Source: Neolecta irregularis DAH-3 (taxonomy: Eukaryota). Taken from it: a stretch of 52,506 bases of DNA. The first letter of the stretch is position 1. Each line of letters opens with the position of its first letter. The position numbers were made by a program, and so were the translations under genes. The stretch is taken from the NCBI GenBank assembly GCA_001929475.1, contig LXFE01000143.1, positions 1 through 52,506 on the forward strand, written 5' to 3'. Under the pieces are notes generated by a model. That model had not been told where the DNA came from. It searched no databases and worked only from the letters and a program-made list of their open reading frames with translations. This document shows, in pieces, positions 25,557 to 37,780 of the stretch.

Positions 25557-26740
25557 ATGACTTCAAGTAATCCAACCATCCTACTTGTCGATAAACACGT
25601 CGCATTTATCAAGGCGCTGGATTCTGTAATACTTCCTGTCAGAAACACGGATTTTTAAAGCCTAGAAAAAAGACGAGCTAGAGTATTGGTTGACAGAACA
25701 TTTACGATTGAATGGTCTGTATTGGGGATTGACCGCCCTTCATCTTCTGAATCGGTCGGACGGTTTGGATCGCCTAGAGGTCATATCATTTGTCAAGTCA
25801 TGTCAGAATAGCGATGGTATTATCACCTACCCAAAAGAGTAAGGATTTCATGAATAAGGTGGATTTGGGGCTCATCCCGAACACGATTCGCATATGTTAT
25901 GCACTGTTAGCGCGATACAGATTCTAGCTATTGAGGATGCCTTGGCCCAGATTGATGTCTCTGCAGTGACGGCTTGTAAGAATCCCCATTGTGCAACGAG
26001 TAAAATCTAGTTATCAAGAGATTACAACAACCAGATGGCTCATTTGCCGGAGATAGATGGGGAGAGATCGACACGCGATTCATTTATGGAGCTTTCAACT
26101 GTCTTTCGCTTCTTGGACGGCTAGATGCCATCAATGTGGATGAAGCAGTCAACTTTATAGCTCGATGCAAGAACTTTGATGGGGGGTTTGGATTAATGCC
26201 GGGTGCTGAGACTCATAGCGGGCAAGGTTAATTTTTTCTCTCATCTACATTTACCTCTATAGTATTTACTTGCGTTGGTGCTCTTTCAATTGCAAATCGT
26301 CTCGATGTCGTTGATACGGAATTATTAGGATGGTGGTTGAGCGAGCGCCAGCTTAAATGTGGTGGATTGAACGGCAGGCCAGAAAAACTCGAGGATGTAT
26401 GGGGCGGTTATGAATTGTGCTAATATCGAGGTTTGCTACTCTTGGTGGGTCTTGTCATCTTTGGCCATGATCAAGAAGCTTCACTATATTGATAGAGACA
26501 AATTGATCAGATTCATACTTTCAGCCCAGGTATAATATGGTGATGGCCTTGTAGTGACCAGTGTAGGACCCTGAGAATGGTGGAATAGCAGATCGGCCTG
26601 GTGACACAGCGGATGTATTTCATACTCTTTTTGGGATTGCAGGACTCTCGCTACTCAATTATGAGAACCTTGAAGCTGTGGACCCAGTGTATTGTGTGCC
26701 TATATCTACACTCCAACGCCTGGGCCTTTTGAATAAATGA
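25557..26740 (+). CDS. BET2: Rab geranylgeranyltransferase (type II) beta subunit; 6 introns
   Basis: [59 protein letters not shown]. Confidence 0.92.
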
Positions 26741-26755
26741 ATTCACTGATACTCA

Positions 26756-27556
26756 TTAACCGATAGTTTGTAACAGTCGTATATCTTGCTGCATGTCCTG
26801 TTTTACTCGTCGAACTACTTCCAGCATCGTCTCGTCTAGATCATCTAAAGATCAGTTGAACTGTACATGGGAACCTTGCCATCGCTTCTGCTCTGATCAA
26901 GTCGAGATGACAGAGCATTCTTTTGCGTTTCGTCAAAATGAAGAGACCGGACCAACTCCTCAAGTGATCCACGTCGGTCTTGTTTCACCTCATTGTCATG
27001 GAATTTTCCTCGGAAACTATCTAGGATATATGAAGGCTTCTCGTGCCTGCTTGATATCATTTCGATACTCATGGCTCCTTCCACGATTTGTACACTGTTC
27101 TTTGACACATCACCAAACACCGCGAGCGTTATATCTGCTGGTTTATTGCACCTCAGAACGACAAATCGTGTGAATAACTAATGTTAGACCTTATATTCGG
27201 GACTGATAGTATACGTCCTGCTCGTTGTCCAACGTGTACGTTGCAATGCCTTGCCCATGGATATCGGAAGGATTGTAGTGAAGAAGAATTTTCTTCAACG
27301 GCAAGATACCCCTCTTTGAAAGCGGCTCCGACTGGAGATGTACAAGACACTGCAGCTCGAGAAGGGTATCTGTTGTTCGTCTAAAGTCAAATAGACGTGT
27401 TTATAATAAATCTCACCCTATCACATCTGTAGACTGAAATGCGGAGACGTTTGCGGGCACAATGCTTATGGATTCGATTCGACAGCGTTTTGGAAAGCGG
27501 ATGCATTCGACAAGTGATGCAGGAGTGAATAAGAGATGGTCATAAAACACAAGCAT
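26756..27556 (-). CDS. Small protein with Virilizer N-terminal (VIR_N)-like domain; 3 introns
   Basis: LVFYDHL..LVECIRFPKRCRIESISIVPANV..IGRT and LFTRFVVLR..ITLAVFGDV resemble the VIRMA N-terminal pattern (recalled, not searched). Confidence 0.5.
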
Positions 27557-28026
27557 AGTGAAACGAACGATGCACGGGGGGAGAAATGCCGAATCTTTAA
27601 AGAAAGACAAGGACACGACTTTTCACCGTGTATGTGTCCAATTGGATCTTTTGAGAGAGTCCATATTTTTGCTATGCTATCAAGGTCGGGCCAATGATTG
27701 TGTACTTTATTTAGATAGCGCGTGCTTTTAATTTGGTTATTCAGGCTACACGGGTATACTGTAGTTATACTTGAACAAGGCGTTTAGAGCCATACTCATT
27801 TTGGCCAATATTTCAAATCTAGACTTCTCGATATGACGTACGGCCGCTCCCTTTTGCAACTACTCGCGGAACCGAAAAAGGTTGGGCAATCCTATTCGCA
27901 CAGTAGTCGACAAGGAAGAGTATTGGGTTTGACGCGTTTGTTGCCTAACTTTACAGGGTATGGAGGGCTGTGAGGACCAAGTAGCCATCACTGCGTATAC
28001 TTTTGTATGGGTCTAATTCTTTGTAA

Positions 28027-28765
28027 CTAATCTGTCTCTTGAGAAGAGTCTCCAGGTTGCATTCTGATGAAACGAAGACTATTGTCAGACATTATTTGCA
28101 CGCCAGTGCCGTCCAAGATGTGATTGCGTAGCTTTTGACGCTTTATTATTGGGTGTTGAGTCCTAACGAGCTCAAGGGCCTTGCCTATGGAAATGGCCTT
28201 CTGGGAAGCAAGAATATTGAAGAAGTTGTCGATGGGGTCATCTGGGGAAATCTCGAGGGATTCGGATACGGGATCCTTGTGCTCTGTCTTTAGCTTTTGT
28301 GCGGGATTTTCGTGGTCTCTAGCTTTACGTTTTGAAGAAGGGGCGAGTTCCTGGAGTTCCTGGAGTTCCTGGAGTTTCTTGGCTTTCAGTTCCTGAAGTC
28401 AGTGGAGAAGAGGAAGGCGAGTACCTTTTTTGTGAGTTTATAGACGGACTTGTGGTATTTTTGGTCTTCCGTCTTGCAGGCGGTATGCACTCGGTAGGCG
28501 GTGCCCTGGGATCAGCAGCGGCTACTTGGGATATATGCATCAAAGGAGGTCGAACAGTCGAGACAGGAAAAGGATGCGTTTGCACAGCGAGCCCTGTGTT
28601 TGTCGAGGAGCGGCTTCTTGACTGTGTCTTGGCATTCCTGGCGGTTAGCAGTGTGCAGTGTATGCGCAGTGTATGCGCCGTATATGCGGATATGCCTGAC
28701 ACTGCAGCACACCACTACACGCTGATACACTGCTGGTATCGTACCTGGCAGACAAAAGACACCAT
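28027..28765 (-). CDS. LYAR-type C2HC zinc-finger nucleolar protein; 3 introns (107, 33 GC-AG, 32 nt)
   Basis: Spliced MVSFVCQECQDTVKKP..H..RC..FSCLDCSTSFDGTAYRVHTACKTEDQKY. Confidence 0.88.
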
Positions 28766-28806
28766 GGAAAACGCAACAGGCGACTGGCGACCCACCACCT
28801 CGTTCC

Positions 28807-30732
28807 ATGGTGCTCCACCAACCCCGGGCCGCCCTGCTCGTCCTGCCCTTTCTTGCCCCGTCCCTAGATCCTGTATTTATAACCACCCGTACTTTGCATT
28901 TCGCAACAGTTCTTGCGGCTGCGCGACCCGTACAACTCCCACTTCGCGCACCGCAAGTTCCTCCCGGGGCATTATGGCTGCGGTTTGAACAGAAGCTGAA
29001 TCTGCCGTACCGTCTGTGGAAGCACGAGACGTGGAATCTCTACAATCGGCTGCGTGCAATTCCAAATGGCCTGTGCCGTCTCACTGCAAAGCACTGCCAC
29101 AAACTCTGGGGATACATTTTCCACCTCCCGCAGCGAAGCCCGGGCCAGATCTTTGAACTTGCAAATGCGCAGATCAAGTTCCGCATCCCATTTTCGCTCC
29201 AGCAGCAGACCGCCTATATAGAGGCGCTCTACTGTCTCGGAAAAAAGAACCACGCATATCAAATATTCGCAAACGGGCCGCCGCCTGGAACTCTACCCGA
29301 CACGCGCTGGTTCAACGTTGGCATCCAGATGCATGCAAAGGACCGCGACCTGTTAAACGCAGAACAAGTGTTGCAGCGCCTTCTTTCTACCGGCGCCGCA
29401 CCGACATCCTTTTCGTTTATGCCGCTTATCATGAACTACTGCCTCCTCAAAAACAAGGACCGCGCACTCTTGTCCTACTCCAGAATGAAAAGCGCATGTC
29501 CGGAAATCGACCTCCAGTCCTACGAAGCAGTCTTGTTTTCCTTCTTCGAGGCTGGCTATCCCTCCATCGCTGCCCGGGTATACGACGATATCCTCGCCGC
29601 CAGTCTCACACCCTCCACACTTACCACCTCGGTTATGTACGACCATCTCGCAAAACGCGCAAACAACCTCACAGAGTTGCTCAACCTCGGCGTCCGCATC
29701 AACAACATCAACCGCGAATTTGCATTCGATCCCTTCTACTACGCTTCCGTCATGGCCAACCTCTGCCGCCTAAACGAAATGGACTACGCTTTGGTGGTCT
29801 TTAAAGGTCTCCGCAATGCAGACGAGAAACTCGACACTATACACTACAATATCATCATCGGCGGCTACCTCAAGGTCAACAACGACATGCCGGCCGCAGA
29901 ATCCCTCGCTCAAGACATGTTCAAGTCGGACGGGACAGGCAAAGTTCCCCAGCCAGATGTATCCACTTTTGGAATGCTCGTCCAGTGGTACGTAGACAAC
30001 GATCAGCCCACCAAAGTCTTTAGTCTCATTCAAACAATGAAATCCCTCGGTATCAAACCAAATACCTACATTGCAAACATGCTCCTTCACCTATGGAACA
30101 TCCGCCGAAACCGCATAAAGTTTTGGGAAACATTCGACGAAATGAAACTCCAGGAAATTCAGCAAGATGCACATACCTTTGGAATGGCCTGGCTCAGTCT
30201 CTACCTCACTGCTTACGCCAAACGAGACGTTATGCAACATGTACGACATCCTCGTGGTCTCTTTCGCCAAATGCTCGAAACCCCAAACCTCGATCCCCAC
30301 GTTCGCATGTTCGACATCGTCATAAAGGCGTTCCTGGGGTACAAAGATCCCGCAGGATGTCTAATTGCCTACGAGGCAATGATTCGACACTATAAACTTC
30401 AATGCGACTGGATCACCGCGGAAAAAATAGTCAGAGGCATTGCAGGCATGACCGACGAAGGAGCATGGTATCACAGTGGTCTCTTAAAACTCAAATCAAT
30501 ACTCGGAGATCTAAATGAAATCAAACTAGCTAGAGGCGCCTTTCACCAAAAGTCTCCCGAAACCTCTCCACAAACTGATATCGATCCAGATGATTTACGC
30601 AAACTCTTGTTTAAATTTGTGCGCAATACAAAACTTGCGAGCACAGCTCGCAAAGACCTCGTTGAGGCCAGAGAAGCTATGGGCGCGAACTATATACCAA
30701 TAGACGCTTTGAAGAATACTGCCGCATCTTGA
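28807..30732 (+). CDS. Pentatricopeptide-repeat protein, probably mitochondrial; intronless
   Basis: 641-aa ORF with PPR-like repeats (DTIHYNIIIGGY, PDVSTFGMLVQWY, PNTYIANMLL). Confidence 0.85.
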   Translation: MVLHQPRAALLVLPFLAPSLDPVFITTRTLHFATVLAAARPVQLPLRAPQVPPGALWLRFEQKLNLPYRLWKHETWNLYNRLRAIPNGLCRLTAKHCHKLWGYIFHLPQRSPGQIFELANAQIKFRIPFSLQQQTAYIEALYCLGKKNHAYQIFANGPPPGTLPDTRWFNVGIQMHAKDRDLLNAEQVLQRLLSTGAAPTSFSFMPLIMNYCLLKNKDRALLSYSRMKSACPEIDLQSYEAVLFSFFEAGYPSIAARVYDDILAASLTPSTLTTSVMYDHLAKRANNLTELLNLGVRINNINREFAFDPFYYASVMANLCRLNEMDYALVVFKGLRNADEKLDTIHYNIIIGGYLKVNNDMPAAESLAQDMFKSDGTGKVPQPDVSTFGMLVQWYVDNDQPTKVFSLIQTMKSLGIKPNTYIANMLLHLWNIRRNRIKFWETFDEMKLQEIQQDAHTFGMAWLSLYLTAYAKRDVMQHVRHPRGLFRQMLETPNLDPHVRMFDIVIKAFLGYKDPAGCLIAYEAMIRHYKLQCDWITAEKIVRGIAGMTDEGAWYHSGLLKLKSILGDLNEIKLARGAFHQKSPETSPQTDIDPDDLRKLLFKFVRNTKLASTARKDLVEAREAMGANYIPIDALKNTAAS

Positions 30733-30818
30733 TTGTAATATAATTAATGTATACTGATACTCCATAATATAGATATAATACTAATGATATAGTAATTCCG
30801 CAACCCAGACTGGTTCCA

Positions 30819-31458
30819 TCACTCTGCGCTCGGCTCCTTCGATGAGACTGTTGCGGACTCACCCTCACAGCCGCATTTATACTTGTCTGCAATAGTCCCA
30901 CAATCAAAAACCACCTTCTTGAGGCCTGGTTTCTTAGTCAACTGGGCTTGTTTAAAAAAGCGGACTTACTCTCGTTAACCATGTTATGAATGTGACAGCC
31001 CCACTGTGAAGCAGCTTCCCGCGATGACGTCTGTGGTGGATACCATTTCAAAAAACCTTGAAAGTGCTCTGCACATTCACCGCATGGATATAATCGCGCA
31101 AACAGATGGACGTACGACGACAGAGCAGTTCGTTCATCTACCGTCGGTTTTTCCGGAAACCGCGCAAGGATCGTATGGAATAACTTTATCCATCAAATCT
31201 CTTTAATTTATAAGCGTTCGCTTACCTTCCATGACGCCCTTCCCAGTTCAGCTCTAGGTCGTCAGTATATACTACATTGGATTTGGCGTGCTTTGTCGTT
31301 TCATCTCCCAAGGGAGTCATGATTGCCCCACCCTGCACGACCTCAGGAGGTCCATTTATCACAGGCGCCATCACAATCGATGAGCTACAGTAAAAATAGG
31401 CAGTTAACGCCAGCATTATGAACGCCAATATGAGCGCAGACAGTCTGCGCAAGGCCAT
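30819..31458 (-). CDS. ERV2: Erv2-type FAD-linked sulfhydryl oxidase; 3 introns
   Basis: N-terminal signal anchor, AELGRASWKLFHT, YPCGECAEHF, CHIHNMVN, C-terminal CGC. Confidence 0.9.
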
Positions 31459-31839
31459 CGCTGGGAAAGAGAATTAATTATAGTTCTGGAGGTTGGTTTG
31501 ATGATTCAAGAATATTTTGTATACGTCTATTTGTTATCCAATACACCCCTCGTCTGACCTGCTTCCGATAAAATCTCTTTTCGCTTGAATGCAAGCATTA
31601 TTGCCAATCTTCTCTGAATAGCACGATGACCTCGTCACGAATGGTGCCGATTGCACTACAGTTGAATTTATTTGACATTTGTCTCTGGAAGAATAATCGG
31701 ATACGATTAGACGGAACCTTTTTGTTTATTCATTTAGAATGTCACCCCTCGCTAATGTGTAACAATTCTGATATGGATGCCTGTTTCAATATTTCCCGAT
31801 GATACATAATTTTATTTGGTGACTAAAAGACTCCAGTCA

Positions 31840-32416
31840 ATCCAACGATATCAGCTTTGAATTAGATGTTCAAGAGGAATGTCGCTTTCTTGTGTAATGG
31901 CCTCGCTTTTCCATCAAGTTTTTCCCAAACTCGAGCAGGGATTAGCAACGACAAGCAGTGTGTTGAATAGCTTCTCGTGATTCTAGTCTATGAATCATGC
32001 TACTAGTTGAAGAACGTTTCATTGCAATGTCAAGACCCTGGCAAGATCTACATGGAAGCAGGTGCAACTAGACCAAGACTGTATTTATAATCTATGAATC
32101 CCTCAACCCCTTGTCAAGTAATGATACAGAAACACAGTTTGCGAGTCTTTTCTGATGGGTCTGGCGTCGGTTCACGCACTACGATTGACGCGTGTAGCTG
32201 ACGATTCCTCGCTTCTAGAGCTTCTCTAACCCACTCTGGGCGATGCTGTGCAACGGCTTCCCTTCGTAGTGCTTGAGTGTTGGCAGAATACCGTCCTGAA
32301 CACGAATTAGCTGCAAATCTTACTTTTACCCAATTACGAGGTTGTTTTCTCAAAAAGACGTTCATCTCCTCCAGTTCCATAGCTCCGAGAGACTTTGACC
32401 GCGGTATTTCTGGCAT
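31840..32416 (-). CDS. Hypothetical small multi-exon protein
   Basis: Protein-like ORF (YSANTQALRREAVAQHRPEWVREALEARNRQL) with short intron-like segments; family not recognised; ends uncertain. Confidence 0.35.
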
Positions 32417-32668
32417 AGATCCCAAATGATCTGTTATTCAAGCGCGCAGCTAGAGTTTAAGTAAGCAACTGGAAACAAAGGCAGAATACGCGTGTGGCCA
32501 AGCGCATTGCAGCAAAGGACGAACCGCATATAGCACAACAACGCATGCTACAACGATTTATGGCCATAGCGTTGGGGTGGATGGAGTTTCGTAGTATCAG
32601 TTCAGCCGCGGGATTGAAACTCCGGATTGCCGGTTTTATTGGTTGGATCAATCAACATTGAATCATTC

Positions 32669-33663
32669 ATGGCTACCGGTACTCAGTTCAATGCCTATTC
32701 GTACATACCGCAGATAAACGTACGCGTTGAATCACTCAGCTACGATTGAAGCCGCAGAGCATTCTCCAGGTCAGTGATCTTGCGACAGTTTCCGCCAAAA
32801 AGATACGCAGGGCCCTCGAGGGAACTCTGAATGTCGATTTATCTCAGCACAAGGTATTCCATCATCAGACTACGCTTACGCGCAGGCGGAAATCGACCGG
32901 GTCATTTTAGAGTGCTATCAAAAGATACCCGGTTCGACCGAGGACGATAAGCCAATCAAATGCAAGATCAACGAAGAATCACCACCATCAGGGTCCATTA
33001 CTCCGAGGGATAACAAGATCCCTTCGTCCCAGTCCCCCCTCAAACGAAGGCTTTTAAAAAATGAAGAGGATGATGAGCGGCTTGCTCGTGAACTTGATAT
33101 CGCCCTCAATTCATCACGAAGAACGACACGGAGGCACTTTACATCTCCGAAAAAGACAAAAACGACAAAAGTGAAATCCAAGGCCAAGATCCATGAGAAC
33201 GACGGAGAAAACGGCAGTGAGATCAAAAAGCGGAAAGTTGTACCCAACCCAAATAATCCTTTCAATGCGCCAATGATTCTCAGTCCAGCTCTGGGAAATC
33301 TTTTAGGAGAGAAAGAACTGTCAAGGCCTCAAGTTGTGAAGAGAATTTGGGACTACATAAAAGAGCATAATCTACAAGATCCTTCCGATAAGCGACATAT
33401 CATGTGCGACGATAAGCTTCGAGATGTCTTTGTATCAAGTCGTATTCATATGTTTAGCATGAACAAGACAATCTCGCAACATCTTTATAAAAAGAGCGAG
33501 GTTACAGATACCGGCACAGCAATGCCTTTCAAGGCCGAGGTCAAAGAAAATGTCAAACTTGAAGATGACGACTCGGAACACGTATGTCTTTGTTCATTGT
33601 TCTACTAATCGATAGGCCTCAAGCTCGCAAGAGAGCGATGCCAATGAAAGCGAAGAAAACTGA
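32669..33663 (+). CDS. DEK-C + SWIB/MDM2 domain protein (Uaf30/Tri1/Spp27-like); 3 introns
   Basis: SDLATVSAKKIRRAL and LSRPQVVKRIWDYIKEHNLQDPSDKRHIMCDDKL. Confidence 0.88.
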
Positions 33664-33791
33664 TTATATTCTTCCATTGCACACTTTTCTGAGTGATATG
33701 GTGCCTTGTAAAATAAATTAATATATTTTTTCCATGAAAAATCCATCCCTGGCGTCAAGCACGAAGCCCCTCTTCCATTTTCAAGGTGGGA

Positions 33792-34111
33792 TTAGGATTC
33801 TTCGTCAATTTCTTTCCAAGCAGTCTCGACTCTTTTACGCTTCTCTTTGGAAGTTTCGCGATTAACTCGAGATCTTTCAAGTCTCTTGATAATCTATCAG
33901 AATATTTCAAGATCGAGGCAAACCTCAGAGCGCAAACACAATGTAAGATCATATTTGGCCTGGTTGCAGCCACCCATAAAGCGATTGAAAAAACCAGATC
34001 GGTGGCATTCTTCAAGAGCGATTATAACTTCTTCACATCCTGCAAATGAATATCATGATTTTTGCCTGAAAATATACCTGGATGTCTATACACAACGAGC
34101 GGTGGATGCAT
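33792..34111 (-). CDS. CMC2: COX assembly mitochondrial protein 2 (twin CX9C); 2 introns
   Basis: MHPPL..HPGCEEVIIALEECH..FMGGCNQAKYDLTLCLRSER. Confidence 0.85.
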
Positions 34112-34186
34112 GTCAAATATAAATAAATTGGAGGTTATCGCTACTTTCACCATCTACCCCGACTTGCCACATTCGTTTCCTTTTTA

Positions 34187-36453
34187 ATGGTTTCTTCAGA
34201 TCCACAGAACCAACAGAAGCATCCCAATAACGAAGCTCATGTGAGCGGAAAAAGATCCAGTGAACCAAAAGGTGGTAAGGCAAATCTCAAATATGGACCA
34301 CAAAACCAAGCCTCCTTGAAAACTGCACCACCAAATACAGATTCCCCAGATATAAAGAGACAAATTGCAAACATAAAAGATCTTGCAATAGCTCCTCAGT
34401 CGGAAGATGAATCTGAAATTTGCTCCATTTGTGCGGAATTCGTCATTTACTACGCTTCGTCGCCTTGCAATCACAGAATCTGCCATGTGTGCGCACTACG
34501 TCTTCGCGTTTTATACAAAACTATTAATTGTGCATATTGCAAGGTTCGTAATTAGTGTTTCTCGCTATCTGAGATCTAGACGGAGCAAATTCACGTCATC
34601 TTTACAAAGGATGCGGAAAGGTTATACCTGGATTTCAAGCCCAGTGAACTCGCATACGAAGATAAGAAACTCGGTATATCGTTCGAGTCAGAGCAGATGA
34701 TGGAAGATTCGCTATTGCTGTTGCGTTTTAATTGTCCCGATCCTTTATGTGTGGTTGCCTGCAAGGGCTGGCCCGATCTACGACTACATGTTCGCCAAGC
34801 GCATGAGAAACTCTTGTGGTGTGTTGTATATCCTTGCAGAATTGTCTAATATGCACAGTTCTTTATGTACGCAGCACAAAAAGGTCTTTACTCATGAACA
34901 TACATTATTCAGTCAGAAAGAACTCACTACTCACTTCAAGCTTGGCGATCAAAGCTCAGATCAGTTCGACAGCACCGGTTTTAAAGGCCACCCGGAATGC
35001 GGATTTTGTCGAAAGTCCTTCTACGATGACGACGAGTTATTTAAACATTGCCGTGAACACCATGAAAAATGTCATCTCTGCGACTGCAACGGCGGACAAC
35101 CTCAATATTTTATTAATTATGAAAGCCTTGAGAATCATTTCCGACGTGATCATTTCATGTGTCCTTTTCCTCAATGTTTGGAACAAAAGTTCGTCGTCTT
35201 TGCATCTGAACTCGATTTTAAGGCTCACCACATTGAAAAACACCCGCATGCACTGTCGTCTCAGGAGTTCAAGGACATTCGTAGAGTTACGACATCCTTC
35301 ATGTACGAAGAACCATCACGGTATAATCGAATTAAACGGCCTCAGCCTACACCTCAACCACCTGAACCACCGAGAGATGAATCTTCGATGACCAGGCAGG
35401 AACGAGGAGTCCTCAGAGCTGTTCAGGCTGGTCTCATTCCTGCCACAACACCTTCTGGCCGCCAGTACACAGTTCCAAGGGGTTCTCAGCAGTCTGTACC
35501 CGTTGGGTATGTTGACAGCACGCTTCACAATCGTCCAACTGAAATGGAAAATGCATTTCCCTCATTAGCAGGATATTTAATATCTCAGGATATGTATTTA
35601 TTTGCTATTGTCTGATCAATAGCAAACATTTCTCGCTCAAGTCTTCCTGTAGCTGCTCTACAAGATGACGGACGAAATGGCATAATTTTTGAACGTTTAC
35701 TACGTTCAATGAAAGGTAACGAGTCAAATTTTCAAATATTCCGCATTAATATATCGGCTTACCATGATTCTCAAATTTCTGCAGAAGATATGATAGACTC
35801 GATTTGGGACTTGTTTGGATTGAAAGCGGAAGAATTGGGAAAGGTTGTCAGTCAATGTGCAGATCTGTTCGATCGTGAAGAACTCAAAGTGCAGCTTCTG
35901 TCTGCATGGAATGACTGGAAAGTCACCGTATGGCGTTTTTCGAGTTTTACGCTAATATCAGAACCAATCGCAAAAATCTCATCTTGGAATTTCTGGATTG
36001 ACATCCTATAATGCTATTGGCAATGTATCTCGTGTCCTGAAAATCAAGTCCTCGACAGCATCGACTACCCATCCTCGAGGCAAACACCAGAATGTCTGGA
36101 ATATGATTGAACAAGCAGCAAATCGCAATATTCGTCCGGATAATGTTTCTCTACGCAACCAAAATAATTCTCGAAACAGGACTCCAAGAACAGTATGGCC
36201 TGCTGAAAGTACATCGAATAGTCTGGGTAGCCAGCGCGAACTCGAGTTTCCCTCATTGCCCACTTCAAAGGCAAGTCAACCTCACAAAAACGTCGATAGG
36301 AGCGAATCTGGTTCTCGAGGCAACGGGATCGCATGGGACGGTGCATACCAGTGTGATAATTTGCCCTCAAACGCTCCAGAATTGGGAGATGGTTCTCGTC
36401 AAGGCAGGAGGAAGCAAAAGGGCAAACAAGTCATATTCAAGATAGGATTATGA
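34187..36453 (+). CDS. HEL2: RING E3 ligase Hel2/ZNF598; 4 introns
   Basis: RING CSICA..CNHRICHVCALRLRVLYK..CAYC; GFKGHPECGFC..FYDDDELFKHCREHHEKC; FPSL motifs. Confidence 0.9.
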
Positions 36454-36538
36454 TTGGATGTGTATGTATTCGTGTATCGTTCTTAGCAGGAAGACAGGTT
36501 GTTTATTAGAGGTTGTCTTAGTTCACTTGAGGAAGGTA

Positions 36539-37685
36539 TTAGCGAATTTGTAATAGCCGAGAAGTGCTATTCGATTGTCGGCACAATGGACACTCGGACT
36601 ATTTATTAGTATTCTAATTCAGAAATATCACACCTTATTCTGACACCATTCATAGATACAGGTCCAGCAAAATAAGTGGCCACATGGAGACACCGTTGCG
36701 TTTTCGATAAATGAAAGACAGAGAGCGCATTTTCTAGCCGATTCGTCGATAAAACTCGATACATTCAAATCCTCCAGGGAAACAGGTAATTCAGCTTTTT
36801 CGGGTTGTGTGTATGAATTTTTCGATTTCGACTCTTGCGGTTCCGTAAATGAGGCAGAGACAGCGAAATATCCCTTTGCAAGCAATTGTAACAAGAGTAT
36901 AAATCCCAGTCCCTCGTAACCAGCTCGCTGTTCCTCAGGTGACAACTGACGGGTAAAATTCTAAGTGATTAAAGGCGGATTAGAACATGGTTTACATAGC
37001 GCAGTCTCCATATGCGTTTGCTTATACTGTAATACGTACCGAAGAAAAAGAATAGCGCGAGATGCGTGGCTTTGATATCGTCTATTGATATCAGGTCGAG
37101 TACCTTTACTAGTATAATTCGGAATTTATGTCGATAATGCGCGGCTACGGAAGATTCTTCTTTAGAAAACGATTCTGTTTGAGATACGAGAGGGTTTCGG
37201 ATTGCCTTCTTGATATTTGGCCATGATCGAAGAAGGATGTACGCTCCCATAGTCTTACTCAACACGAATCCGCTTCTTCTCTACAAACTCAGATGGAGCG
37301 TAAATCAATGTTTTACCAGAATTGAGGGCATCTTTTGCGAATCCGCTTGAGTTTGCATTATATCACAATACTCTTCCCCAAGAGTCCGTGTTCCCAGAAT
37401 AGCCATCAGACCAAGATAGACAAAATCAACTGCCGTGCGCAATTCCTGCTGGTAGAAATGAACATGTCTTGGCCCTGAAGCAGATCAGCAAAGTTTTTAG
37501 ATATCCAATCTACCGATTATACTTCGCAGAATACCGGAGACCCGGTTGAAAAGAGCTGATTTAAAATACACATCCTTCTGATGCGCTTGAACTGAACTTA
37601 GTCAAGATATTTTATTGTGCATGCCTATATCTGGCTGAGCAGCATACGGCAGGAAATATGAATCATTCTCGGTTTGAGCTGTCAT
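36539..37685 (-). CDS. PEX10: Peroxin 10 (RING); 5 introns
   Basis: PYAAQPDIVQAHQKD, GTRTLGEEYCDI, HLALFFFFGTYYSISKR, C3HC4 RING. Confidence 0.92.
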
Positions 37686-37780
37686 TATTGTAAGAGGTGA
37701 CAACATGGCAACTTTCACCACAATTGATACTTCTTCCAGATTCCCCATATTGATGCACCTGCGATTAGACACGGTAGCAA

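Noticed and set aside
27560-28020. Possible snRNA or snoRNA in the intergenic gap
   Set aside because: No U1/U2/U4/U5/U6 signature or clear C/D or H/ACA boxes recognised.
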